Shown: positions 1 through 9,222 of the stretch, piece after piece
Layout: every line of letters begins with the position of its first letter
Position numbering within the stretch: position 1 is the first letter of the stretch
Assembly (NCBI GenBank): GCA_004431415.1
Contig: QPMI01000703.1
Span: 1-33,675, forward strand
Direction of reading: 5' to 3'
Source: Cyanophora paradoxa CCMP329
Lineage: Eukaryota > Plantae > Glaucophyta
Length of the DNA stretch: 33,675 nt
Translations under genes and position numbers: made by a program
Notes under the pieces: generated by a model
The model's database searches: none
What the model was told of the DNA's origin: nothing
Seen by the model: only the letters and a program-made list of their open reading frames with translations

Positions 1-510
1 CGAGCTACCTACGAGGCGCTCCTCTTCCGCTCGGACAACGTACGCTGTCTTCGCGTTCCGTTCCGCGTTTGCCGTGACTGGGAAGCGCTTGGCAAGGATC
101 GCATTCCAGGCCGAGGCGGCAGCGGCTCTCAAAGTGCGGCAAGCGGCCTCCGCGGCACACAGGGAGCGAGCGTCGAGACGCTCAAGCACTGCGGGTGCGG
201 TCACTCAGGGGAGCCTGAGCATCGAATTCGCAGCAGCAATGAAGCCGGGTGCACCTAGCCGTAGGAGATCATGCGGAAGGTCGAGGAAGTCCGGCGAAGC
301 GCATTTTATCATCCTCGTTCCGATGCCCGTGCCCCGATGCGCAGCTGCCGCATCACTCGCTGGGGGTAGAGCTCGCCCGAAATCATGGACATACCCCTAC
401 ACAGAGGCGAAAATGTTCAGCTGCATCGTTCCCAGGCCGCCTGCGGCGTCGGCGCCGTTGTCGTTGCCGTCAAGCGCAACATGCACGGCGCCGGTGGGCC
501 TCAGAGTTAG
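1..510 (+). CDS. Probable 3' part of a spliced hypothetical gene entering from outside the window
   Basis: Short protein-like segments (ATYEALLFRSDN, AEAAAALK, GASVETLKH, EIMRKVEEVRRSAFYHPRSD) are separated by GT/GC...AG stretches. No recognisable domain, and the end is uncertain. Confidence 0.3.
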
Positions 511-531
511 ACCGGCCCGCAGCGGAAAAAC

Positions 532-2671
532 ATGGGACGCCGCAGCACAGCCTTAGGTTCATAGCTGGTGCTCCTGTAAGCGCGTCGGCATTGCTCCGCC
601 CGGTCCGCGCCGTGCGTCGCCCGCCATGCGCCGCGGCGCCGCGGCGTGCAGAACCGGGCCCTATAGCCCAGGCACGCATCGTTTTGGTGCGCGGCGTCCG
701 CGGACGAGCCGAAGGAAGCGTCTAGCTCCAGCGTGCGTGCCAGATCCCACGTCGTGCCAGGTCTCGTGTCGTGTCCAGGCCGCTCAACCAGGCCCGCACG
801 TGCAGGCGGCGCCGGCGCGGGCCCCGGCGGCGCCCCCGACACGGTACGGGGCGGGGCGCAAGACACGGTACGATCAGGCGCGGGAGGCGAGCGGGCTCGA
901 CTCGGAGACGTTCGACCGCTACGAGGACGAGCTGAAAGACCCCGTGCGCGCGCATGCGCCGGCCCGGGCCCCCGCCCGCCGCGCGCCGGCCCTCGTGAGT
1001 GACCCGTCTCCTGCGCAGGTCATCTTCATCGAGGTGAGGCGCAGGCCCCGCGCCGGAGCGCGCCAGGAGCGGCGCGCCGCTGAGGGCGGGTTCGGGGCGG
1101 CTCGGCAGTGGCTGGTCCCGCGGCCCGTGCGGCTGTTCCTGTACGCCGGCATCGGCGGCAACGCCCTCCTCGGCGCGGTGCGCGGCGGCCCACCGCGCCC
1201 CGTCGCTCGGGGGCGGCGGCGAGCGGGGCTGGGGCGGGGCAGTTCATCCAGGGGACGGGGGTGCTGGCGCGCTCGTCGCGGGGCGAGGCGCTGGGGGAGG
1301 AGCTGCTGGCGAACCTGGGGCTGAACCTCGCGGGGGCGGCCGGCATGGCCGCCGCCTTCCTCCTCGACCGCTGGCTCGGCGAGCGCCGCCGCGCCCGCCG
1401 CGCCCGCATCCGCGAGATCCAGGCCCGCCCCCGCCCCCGCCCGCCCCGCCCCCCGTCTCACCCGCGCCTCCGCAGCGGCTACGAGCCGAGCGGGAGGGGG
1501 CGGGGCCGGCGGTGCGGGCGGCGCGGGCGGAGAAGGAGCGGGCGGGGCGGCGGTGGTGGGCCCGGGGGGCCGGCGGCGGGGGGCGCCAAGCGGACGAGGC
1601 GGAGCGGATGCTGCGAAGGCTCTCTCGCATGGGGCCGGCGCGCCCTCCCGCCGTCCCCTGCGCCGCCCGCCCCTCCCCGGCTGAGGGGCGGGCAGGTGCC
1701 GATCGTGGGGGAGGCGAAGGCGCGCGTGCTGCGGGAGCTCGTCGCGGCGCTGCCCCCCGGCGCCCGCGTCGTCGAGGCCCGCACGCGCCCCGCCCGCCCC
1801 CTCCCGCGCCCCAACTGCGGCGCCGACTGCCCCGGCGGGGCGCGCGCAGGTGGCACTTTCCTGGGCTACTCGGCGATCTCGATGGCGCAGGCGCTGCCCC
1901 CGGGGGCGGAGGTCGTGACCTACGAGAAGGCGGGCGCCCTCGCGCGCCGCGGCGACGGGGGCGGGCTCTGAGGGCGGGGGCGGGGGTGCAGGACGTGCGC
2001 TTCGGGCTGCCGGCGATGCGGTTCGTGCAGCAGGCGGGGATGGGCGGGCGCGTGGACGTCAAGCTCGGCGACGCCGTCTCCCGCATCCCCAGCGACGCCG
2101 CCGCCTGGCGCCGCAGGCCCGCGCCCCCCGCCGCCCGCCCCGCGCCCCGCGCCCCGCGCCCCGCGCCCCGCGCCCCGCGCCCCGGGCCGGCCTCTGCTGA
2201 GGGGGCGGCAGCGAGCGGGGGGCGGTGATCGACCTCCTCTTCCTGGACGGGGCCCCCGGGGCGCGCCCCGGCCCTCCCCCGGCCCCCGCAGCCCCTCCAG
2301 CTCTCACCCCCGGCAGGAGTACGAGGCGTACCTCGAGGCAGCGCGCCCCTACCTCCGCCCGGCCTCGGTGCGCCCCGTCCCGCAGGGCCGGGGCGCGCGG
2401 GGGCCGGGGTGACGGGGGGCCCCGGGGCGGGGGCGCCGGGGCCAGGTGGTGGTGGCGGACAACACGGGGATCTTCGGGGAGCAGCTGGCCGGCTACCTCG
2501 CCGCCGTCCGCGACCCCGCCCGCTTCGCCTCCGAGGTCCCGCCCCGGCCCCCGCCCCCGCCCGCCCCGCGCCTCCGCCTGACGGGGCGGGCGGCCGGGGC
2601 AGTCGATCGAGGCGCCGCTCGCGAACTACCCCGACACGATCGACGCCATGGAGAAGAGCGTCCTCCTCTAG
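532..2671 (+). CDS. Putative plastid-targeted DUF3493 (LPA1-like membrane domain) + catechol O-methyltransferase-like SAM-dependent methyltransferase; about 10 introns
   Basis: The spliced translation has a transit-like FIAGAPVSASALLRPVRAVRR, then PRPVRLFLYAGIGGNALLGA-FIQG...LLANLGLNLAGAAGMAAAFLLDRW (DUF3493-like), then VPIVGEAKARVLRELV...RVVE-xGTFLGYSAISMA (SAM motif I), IDLLFLDG, VVVADNTG and DAMEKSVLL-TAG (2669-2671). The start is approximate and needs homopolymer indel corrections. Confidence 0.8.
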
Positions 2672-3157
2672 ATCAAGGACCCCTCCCCTTCCGATTGGTA
2701 CTGTGTACTGTCGACGTCAACTGCCGCTGTGTAGAAGTACGTGTAGCCTAAATTATGGCAAGGCCAAATTGCAACACCTGGATTGGATCGAATTTCTAGG
2801 TCATCTAGATCTAGATCACAAGGGTAGAGCCGTGGCGTCCGTACGGATGGGAGCATGCGCAGCCGGCGCCGTGAAGGCTGAAGTCGATTTCGGAGCTAGT
2901 GCACATGCCACGGTGAAATCTTAATCGGATCTGCAGCCTGTGCAGGCCCGCCAGCGAAGGCTGCGACGCGCGTGGCGGGCGACGCTTGAGTTTCTCGGAC
3001 GCGGGAGGGCGCTGGCGGGAACGATGACGTTGCCATCAGGAACAGCAATTCACAAACCGCTCTGACCTTGCGCGTGGAGCCCGGCTGATGCTCCGCTAGC
3101 TTGCTCCCCCGCTTCCCGCCTCCAGCGGCAGCGCGTCAGCAGCCGGCACGTCCAAGG

Positions 3158-4917
3158 ATGGTCCCATTCGATCTCCAGGCACCGCCCGTCACTTCCGTGG
3201 CGCGAAAGCGGACAGCCGGCGATCTCAGCGATCCCAGCGGCAGCGCGGGGCCGGGACGCCGGCGAGCGAGGACGGCGCGCTCGGATTCGCTGCTGGAGGG
3301 CTTCCGCCCTGCAGGTGGACGCGGCGTTCGGCGAGCGTCGATGGCGGCGCCCGCAGCCGCCGCAGACGTACGAGAGGCGTGGGCCTACTCACAGCGAGGA
3401 GCACGGTCCGCGCGCCCGCCCGACGCCTCGCGCGGCGCGGCGTGCCCCGCCGACGCCCGCGGCAGCGGCTCTTGCCTGCAGATCTCGGACATCCTCGCCG
3501 CCCTGCCAAGTGGGGTCCGAGGCCCGCGCCCGCTCCTCGGCGCCGCGCCAGCGCGCCGCCGACGCTCGGGCGCGAGGTGGCGGCGGAGAGCGTGCTGGCG
3601 AGGCAGCGGCAGCGGCGCAAGAAGAAGAAGCAGCGCGGGCCGAGGCAGCCGCCGAGGCGCAGGCGGCGGGCGGGGGCGGGGCGCAGGAGGGGCGGGGGCG
3701 GGGCGCGGGCCGTCGTTGATCTGGGCGCACTTCGAGCCGGTGGGGAGGGGCGAGGCGGCGGGCGCGGTGCTGCCACTGCGGGGCGGAGGTTGCGCTGGAG
3801 GGGGGGTCGACGTCGGGGCGGGGCAGCACCTGGCGCGGGCGCACGGCCTCGAGCTCCCCAGCGCCGCCCGCCGCCGCGACGACGACGCCGCCCTCCTCGC
3901 CGCCGCCGCCCTCCGCGCGCCTCCGCCCCCGCCCCGCCCGCCCCGGCCCCTCCCGCCCCGGCCCACGCCCCGCCACCGCCCCTTCGCCGGCTCCTCCCCG
4001 CACCCCGCGGTCCCCTGGGCGACCTGGCGACGCTTGCGCTCGGGGCCGGCCCCGCCGCCCACTTCTTCCTGCCTCTGCCTGCTGTCGCTTTCGCCCCGCC
4101 GCCTTCGCCCGCGACCTCGCCGCCCGCCCCCGCCCCGCCGGCCCCGCCGGGCGGCAGCGGCGCCCTGCCCTCGCCCGTCGGGCCTCCCCTGGGGCGCCCC
4201 CTGGGCCGTGCGCTCTGCAGAGCCGCCGCCGCGCCCGCGTCTGCGCGCCCGGCGGCCCCCGTCGCCGGCCGCCACCTCAATCCAATCTCCGCCCGCAGCC
4301 GAAGCCCGCCTTCGCCGTGCTCCCCGCCGGCGCCGCGCTCGCCGCGGGGCGCCCTCGCCCCGCCTCCGCCCCCGGGGGCGCAGGGTTGGCCCCCGCTCTG
4401 CCCCCCCGGCCCTCACGCTTCCTCCCAGCGCCCCTCCTCCGGGGCAGGCCACCCGCTGCCTCCCACAGCGCCCGCCCCGCGCCGCCCCCGCGCCCGGCGC
4501 ATCCCGGGGCCGGCCGGGCCGCGGCGCGGGCGGGCCTCTGGATGGTCGTGGCGGGGAGGGAAGGGGCGGAGGCGGGGGAGCGGCGGGCGGCGGCGCGGTC
4601 GTTTGTGTGGGGCTACTTCCGCGGGACGGGCGGGCCGGGGGCAGGAGGTCGCCCGCTGCACCCTCTGCCCGACGCCGTCCTCTCCTTCTCCGGTGCGCCC
4701 CCATCCCCCCATCCCCATCCCCCCCCCCCCCCCCCCCCCCCCGGAGCCGACGTGCAGCCCCGGCAGGGTCGACGTCGAGCTCTCCTACCACCTCGCCACC
4801 AGCACGGCGTCCAAGGCCCTCGAGCTCCCGCCCCGCCCCGCCCCGGCCCCGCCCCGGCCCGCCAGCGCCCAGCTTCAGCCCGGCCCCGTTACGCCCCGTC
4901 CTCGCCCTGTCATTTAG
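3158..4917 (+). CDS. Hypothetical spliced protein with a basic NLS-like patch (RQRQRRKKKKQR) and Pro/Ala-rich linkers
   Basis: ATG at 3158 (MVPFDLQAPP). Protein-like exons include ISDILAALP, SLIWAHFEP, VARCTLCP and VDVELSYHLATSTASKALEL. No family recognised, and the exon structure is uncertain. Confidence 0.5.
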
Positions 4918-5025
4918 TCATTGACCATGGCACCGTACGCTTGGCACCCGTTGACCGGGACCCTGCAGCTGTGTAAGAATTCGAACTCAGAACTGATTTG
5001 AAAAACTTTTTGGGGTTCAACGGTT

Positions 5026-5140
5026 ATGCGCACTGCGGCATGCGTGATCATGACCGTCGGACAATTCAAGTGCTTCATGATCAAGCTTGGGCCGGCACCA
5101 CTGGACGAAGTTGGAGCGCTGGCACTGCCGCAGTGCGCAT
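5026..5140. repeat. 115-bp MITE-like foldback with perfect 15-bp terminal inverted repeats
   Basis: ATGCGCACTGCGGCA (5026-5040) is the reverse complement of TGCCGCAGTGCGCAT (5126-5140). There is an inner inverted repeat, TGATCATGA (5045-5053) / TCATGATCA (5075-5083). No clear target-site duplication. Confidence 0.6.
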
Positions 5141-5419
5141 GCGGCACTGCAGCAGTACTCGTGCGCCAAGACTCTCACTGAGTCAGGCTCTCAGAGTCTG
5201 CTGCTGAGACGTCGGACTCTGAGACTCTGAGTTTCAAGTTTCACGAGTCCGACGTAGACGGTCATGATCACTGAGTCATGCCATGATGGCTTATATATGA
5301 GGCATCAATGGCCAAACGCGAAAAGTCAACTCCGAGAGCTCGAGACTCGGAAGTGACGCTTGGATTGCGGAGGTTCTTATAACCGCCGCAACAGCTGTGG
5401 GGTACCCCTTCCGAGGCTG

Positions 5420-5527
5420 GCGATCGCGGCGATCACGAGCCGATCGCGACCCTGGCGATCGCGATTTTCTCCGATCGCGACCCTTTTCGATCGCGATTTC
5501 GAGATCGGGGCATTTCTGCGATCGCGA
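5420..5527. repeat. Iterated CGATCGCG(A) palindromic motif array
   Basis: CGATCGCG occurs at 5421, 5441, 5456, 5472, 5488 and 5519, with degenerate copies at 5430 and 5502. Spacing in the core is about 15-16 bp. Confidence 0.9.
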
Positions 5528-5653
5528 GAAAGGAAAAATCGGAAAAGGCCGAAAAGTGCGTTTTTCACGCGTGAAATCGACCCAAAACGAGGGTTCGAAT
5601 CCGGGGCCGGATTTGGACTTGGGTAAAATCTCGAGTCAAATGGAGAAAAATGC

Positions 5654-5723
5654 GACTTGGACTTGGGACTTGGGACTTGGGACTTGGGACTTGGACTTGG
5701 GACTTGGGACTTGGGACTTGGGA
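5654..5723 (+). repeat. (GGGACTT)n tandem array, 10 units, G-quadruplex-capable
   Basis: Ten ACTT cores from 5655 to 5716 separated by GGG (GG in two units). Confidence 0.95.
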
Positions 5724-5779
5724 AGAGTCGGAGTCAGAGTCTGGACTCAAAAGCGGGGAAATTTTCGAAGGGGAGAAAA

Positions 5780-6047
5780 ATGGCAGACGAGCCCTATTAC
5801 GATTTCCCCTTTGAGTTGAATATGGCATTCGAGAGGTTGCGCGAGTTCTGGCGTTGGCACATCACAGGACATGAATCCCCGGAATAAGACCAGTGCCAAC
5901 ACACAGGGCGTCCTCGAAATTGTCCGTCAATATCCGCGTCGATTCAATGAATGGATTGAGTTCCACGCGACGAACCGTTTCCAAAGTCTCCCCGAGGCCA
6001 TACGCGAAAATTTCGTGAGGCTGTGGGCCAGGCTACGACAACCCTAA
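5780..6047 (+). pseudogene. Island ORF1, about 88 aa, unknown function, one frameshift at CCCC 5877-5880
   Basis: MADEPYYDFPFELNMAFERLREFWRWHITGHES continues in another frame as RNKTSANTQGVLEIVRQYPRRFNEWIEFHATNRFQSLPEAIRENFVRLWARLRQP*. The ATG has an A-rich context. The shift may be a sequencing error. Confidence 0.55.
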
Positions 6048-6273
6048 CAATCATCGACACGTACCACATGAAGACAGGGCTATTGTTCGACGGGACGGCG
6101 CATGAGACATCGCAGGGAGGCACGGGACGAGCGGACAGCCCTTCGCACCGGGGTAGGGCTCATCGAGAGGGAGGGGTACAGCCCCGGGATGTAGGGTAAC
6201 CCAACCCCGAGACTCGACCTTCGGCGGACGCACTCGGGCGATTTCCGTCAGGCCGGCTCAGCGGGTAGGGGGC

Positions 6274-6457
6274 TTCGGTCCAACTTTTTTGCGGTCCAGT
6301 TTGCAGCAAAACAGGGGGAGAAGGGACGTTTTCCGTGAGATTTCCTTCGGCCAACATTTTTTTAGGTCCAGTTTGCAGCGAAGGAAGGGGGAGAAACGTA
6401 AGAAAAGGCCAAATTTGGCTTTTTTCAGGCCAGTTCGCAACGTTTCTGCTGCAAACT
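6274..6457. repeat. Imperfect ~72-bp direct repeats with core GGTCCAGTTTGCAGC, upstream of island ORF2
   Basis: The core is at 6293-6307 and 6365-6379, with a degenerate copy at 6428-6441 and an inverted GCTGCAAACT at 6448-6457. Confidence 0.8.
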
Positions 6458-6630
6458 AGCCCAGGAAAAAATTCGCCCACAAACCGCGGTCCGCCGCCAT
6501 TTGGCTCACTCTTACAACGGGTTCGCCGCCTTCTCTCAGCCAAGCAAACTCTGCCTCTCCGAATTTTACAAGTCCGCTCTCTCAGTCACCTCACGTTTTG
6601 CCTTTGCTGATCTCTTTTCCCTTTGCGCAG

Positions 6631-7649
6631 ATGTCGCCTGTCTCTGAGATTCCCTCTGAGCTTGCCAAGGACTTTGCCAAGGCTCGCAATCTGCACAAGT
6701 CCGGACTTTGGCCTACCCTGCCATGGAGCGTCGCGCCAAGGCACTGGGGTACAACTACGGCTCCTACCACGGCTTGAACGGCGTCTGCTACCTTGGCCTT
6801 TTCCGCAAGGATGACGTCAAGAATCCCGAGCCCAAGCCCGCGCCGTCATTCGTCCCAACTCCGAAATGCTCCAGCTTCAAGCCGAGTCTGCGCCGAGACA
6901 CTCGCCTGGGCCAACCCCCTCAAGCCTTCACGAATTACCCCCTCCGTCATCGTCGTCATCTGCCCCCGAGCCTGCCCCTCAGCCCGTCGCCGAGCCGCCC
7001 CTCAGCCGCCGATGACGCCAAGTCCGAGGCTCTGACGCGAGTCTGACATCAACGACTTCATCGACTTTGACGTGCCGATTCCATACGACTCTGAGTCGTC
7101 TTCTGACTCTGAAGGCGACAACGAAAACCCGACTCGCAAGCGCCGCATTATCAAGACCAAGTCAATCGTCAGAAGAAGTTCATGGAGACTACGTCATTCA
7201 CCGACAACTCGAGCGCGTCAAGGACCCCGCAAGGAAAACGCCAAGGACTTGAAGCTCGGCGCTGGCATTGCCGTTCTCGTGTGACGTCACACTACAGCGA
7301 GCGCCTGACTCAGCACGTCAAGACCATTGAGAAGCGCGTCCTCTGCAACGAGCTCCGCAAGGAGTTGGAGCGCAAGCGGCGCCACGAGCGCCTTGTCCAG
7401 TACCAGATCAACAAGGCGCGGATCGCCGAGCGCAAGCAGAAGGAGGCAGCCGAGCTCAAGGCGCGCATCGAGGCTCAGCAGCAGCGCGAGGCAGAGGCGG
7501 CAGCGGCCTTGGCGGCGCAGCGCGAGCGCGAGCGGCAGGACTTGGTGCAGGCAGCGCAGGCCCTTCCCCGCATTCCCCTTAAGTCGGCGCCCGAGGGCCT
7601 CATTGAGTTGGTTTCCGATGACGATGACTCTGACTTTGAGATGCTGTAA
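6631..7649 (+). pseudogene. Island ORF2, about 340 aa: N-terminal domain, Pro/acidic linker, coiled coil, acidic tail; several frameshifts; probable 5'-UTR intron at 6572-6630
   Basis: Protein-like text hops frames: MSPVSEIPSELAKDFAKARNLHK, MERRAKALGYNYGSYHGLNGVCYLGLF, DINDFIDFDVPIPYDSESSSD, PTRKRRIIK, ELRKELERKRRHERL, LIELVSDDDDSDFEML*. Upstream is GTCCGC...CTGAT-pyrimidine tract-CAG|ATG. Confidence 0.55.
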
Positions 7650-7723
7650 ATAGTATTGCGTCATTCCATTGTACATACTTGTAAAAATTGGCCGACTATT
7701 CAGTTACGACTTGGCGCGATCCT

Positions 7724-7747
7724 GGGACTTGGGACTTGGGACTTGGG
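7724..7747 (+). repeat. Second (GGGACTT)3GGG array, a perfect minimal G-quadruplex motif
   Basis: GGG ACTT GGG ACTT GGG ACTT GGG, ending 25 nt before ATG 7773. Confidence 0.9.
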
Positions 7748-7772
7748 AATTTCTTGATGTGTGCAATTGCAA

Positions 7773-8459
7773 ATGTCGGATGCAGAGGAAGCGCCCAAGG
7801 ACGTGATCGCACAGTTCATAGATCAGGTCAAGGACCTTAGACGCTGGGTGGTAGAGCAGGCCTCGCGACCGAATCGACAGCGCCAACCCTGGCCGGTGCT
7901 AGAGCTGGCCCGGGCAGGGTGGCTAGACACGCATTACAACTCTGGCGGGGCCCTTTACGTTCGGAGCCACGACGAGGGCAGGATTATCGACGAGTTCAAG
8001 CGCATCTGGTTCGCCCTGGGCTCCAAGCTCAGCATACTCTCGACCTCCCGGACCACATTCGCATGCAAATCTCGAGTGGTACGCGAAGGCAAGGGACTCG
8101 CAATGGACGACGTAAATTTGCGCGACCTCTCGCGCTTGCGCTCGCTGTGACGGCGTATGTCACAAACTATGATTATCACGTCAAAAAGCCCCAATTCGAA
8201 GTTGAGCCAATTCCGATGAATCTGGTACCCTGGATGGAAGAGTACCCGAGTACTCGTGGAACAGGGCCTCAACCCCCGCGCCAGCCCTGCCAGCCCCGCC
8301 GCCCCACCGATAAACGGCCCCGCCCCGCGTGACGTCAGACGGGACATACGCGAATGGGAGGAGTGGAGCAACGACCCGAAGAACTGGCTACCCGGGGAGG
8401 CGGAGCTGCGCAAGCGCGCGAGGCTGATGCCCGGCGACAGGTACCCCGACCGCGAGTAG
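7773..8459 (+). pseudogene. Island ORF3, about 225 aa, unknown function, two or more frameshifts
   Basis: MSDAEEAPKDVIAQFIDQVKDLRRW...MDDVNLRDL, then ALAVTAYVTNYDYHVKKPQFEVEPIPMNLVPW, then VRRDIREWEEWSNDPKNWLPGEAELRKRARLMPGDRYPDRE* in successive frames. Confidence 0.5.
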
Positions 8460-8469
8460 GGGGTACAGG

Positions 8470-8475
8470 TATAAA
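8470..8475 (+). promoter_or_regulatory. TATA-like box upstream of the GNAT ORF
   Basis: TATAAA ends 21 nt before ATG 8497. This is short for a TATA-to-ATG distance, so the call is tentative. Confidence 0.35.
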
Positions 8476-8496
8476 TTCTCAGCGAGCCGCGAGCGA

Positions 8497-9222
8497 ATGT
8501 CGTACGGCGATCAGGAAGCATGGTTCAAGCTACACCGCCTCTTTCCTGATAAATTCGGCAATGCGCGCTACCCCCTCAACCTAATGACACGAGTCAACCG
8601 GCGGACCAGGGAATTCAAAATCGAAGTGTTTTCATCGTCCCCCGAGAGCGGCCGCTCCGCGGACAACGACTCCATGGCATGGTTATACGGCTTCGTCCAG
8701 CCTCGCGTCGGCAATAAGCCAGCCACCGTCGAAATAGAAAGCTACTACAACGATTACGGGCCGCAGGGGGGGTACGGGACGCCCGAGCAGAGGGATTCGA
8801 TGCGGGGGGCGGGCAAAATCCTGATGCGGGCCGCTGTAGACGCACTGCAGCGCTCCGGGCTCATTAGCTCGTCGGACCCGGGCGAGCACGCGGTGGAGCT
8901 CAAAGCCCTCCCAAGCGCAGTGGAGTACTACGAAAGGGAATTGAGTCTGCGCAAGAGAGACCTCGCCTTTCTCACCTACACACCGTCCCTAACACCCATG
9001 GAGGGTACGGTGCAGAACATCATCGACAACACGTACAACGTGGCCGTTCGCTGGCGCAAAGCGGCGGCGGATCTCGTAAAGGGCAACTACAAGGACCTCG
9101 CAGACGAAGACAACCCCGTGGGGGAGTACATGGAGCTGGCAAGCGGGAGCATCGTACCCCGCCGGAGGCCCCCATGGCCCCACCCCGACCTCGAGTGGGG
9201 ACCGTCGCACTTCGGCCAGTGA
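8497..9222 (+). CDS. Intronless GNAT-family N-acetyltransferase-like protein (island ORF4), 241 aa
   Basis: Intact ORF with an acetyl-CoA-binding motif A-like RDSMRGAGKILMRAAVDAL followed by a motif B-like VELKALPSAVEYYERELSL. Confidence 0.7.
   Translation: MSYGDQEAWFKLHRLFPDKFGNARYPLNLMTRVNRRTREFKIEVFSSSPESGRSADNDSMAWLYGFVQPRVGNKPATVEIESYYNDYGPQGGYGTPEQRDSMRGAGKILMRAAVDALQRSGLISSSDPGEHAVELKALPSAVEYYERELSLRKRDLAFLTYTPSLTPMEGTVQNIIDNTYNVAVRWRKAAADLVKGNYKDLADEDNPVGEYMELASGSIVPRRRPPWPHPDLEWGPSHFGQ

Noticed and set aside
4719-4742. Long poly-C/poly-G runs (also near 14313-14352) as special elements
   Set aside because: They appear to be C-rich intron 5' arms, and their length is unreliable because it differs between the duplicated copies.
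5420-5527. HIP1 as proof of cyanobacterial or plastid origin of the island
   Set aside because: HIP1 is dispersed in cyanobacterial genomes, not tightly clustered. Only three copies are the full octamer, and the island has eukaryotic signals.
5420-5723. CRISPR array
   Set aside because: The repeats are 7-9 bp with no unique 25-45-bp spacers, there are no cas genes, and the context is eukaryotic.
5654-5723. True telomere
   Set aside because: The array is short, internal, present twice and flanked by genes on both sides.
5780-8459. Programmed ribosomal frameshifting in the island ORFs
   Set aside because: I saw no consistent slippery sites, and indel errors are evident elsewhere in the window. 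Decay or sequencing error is simpler.
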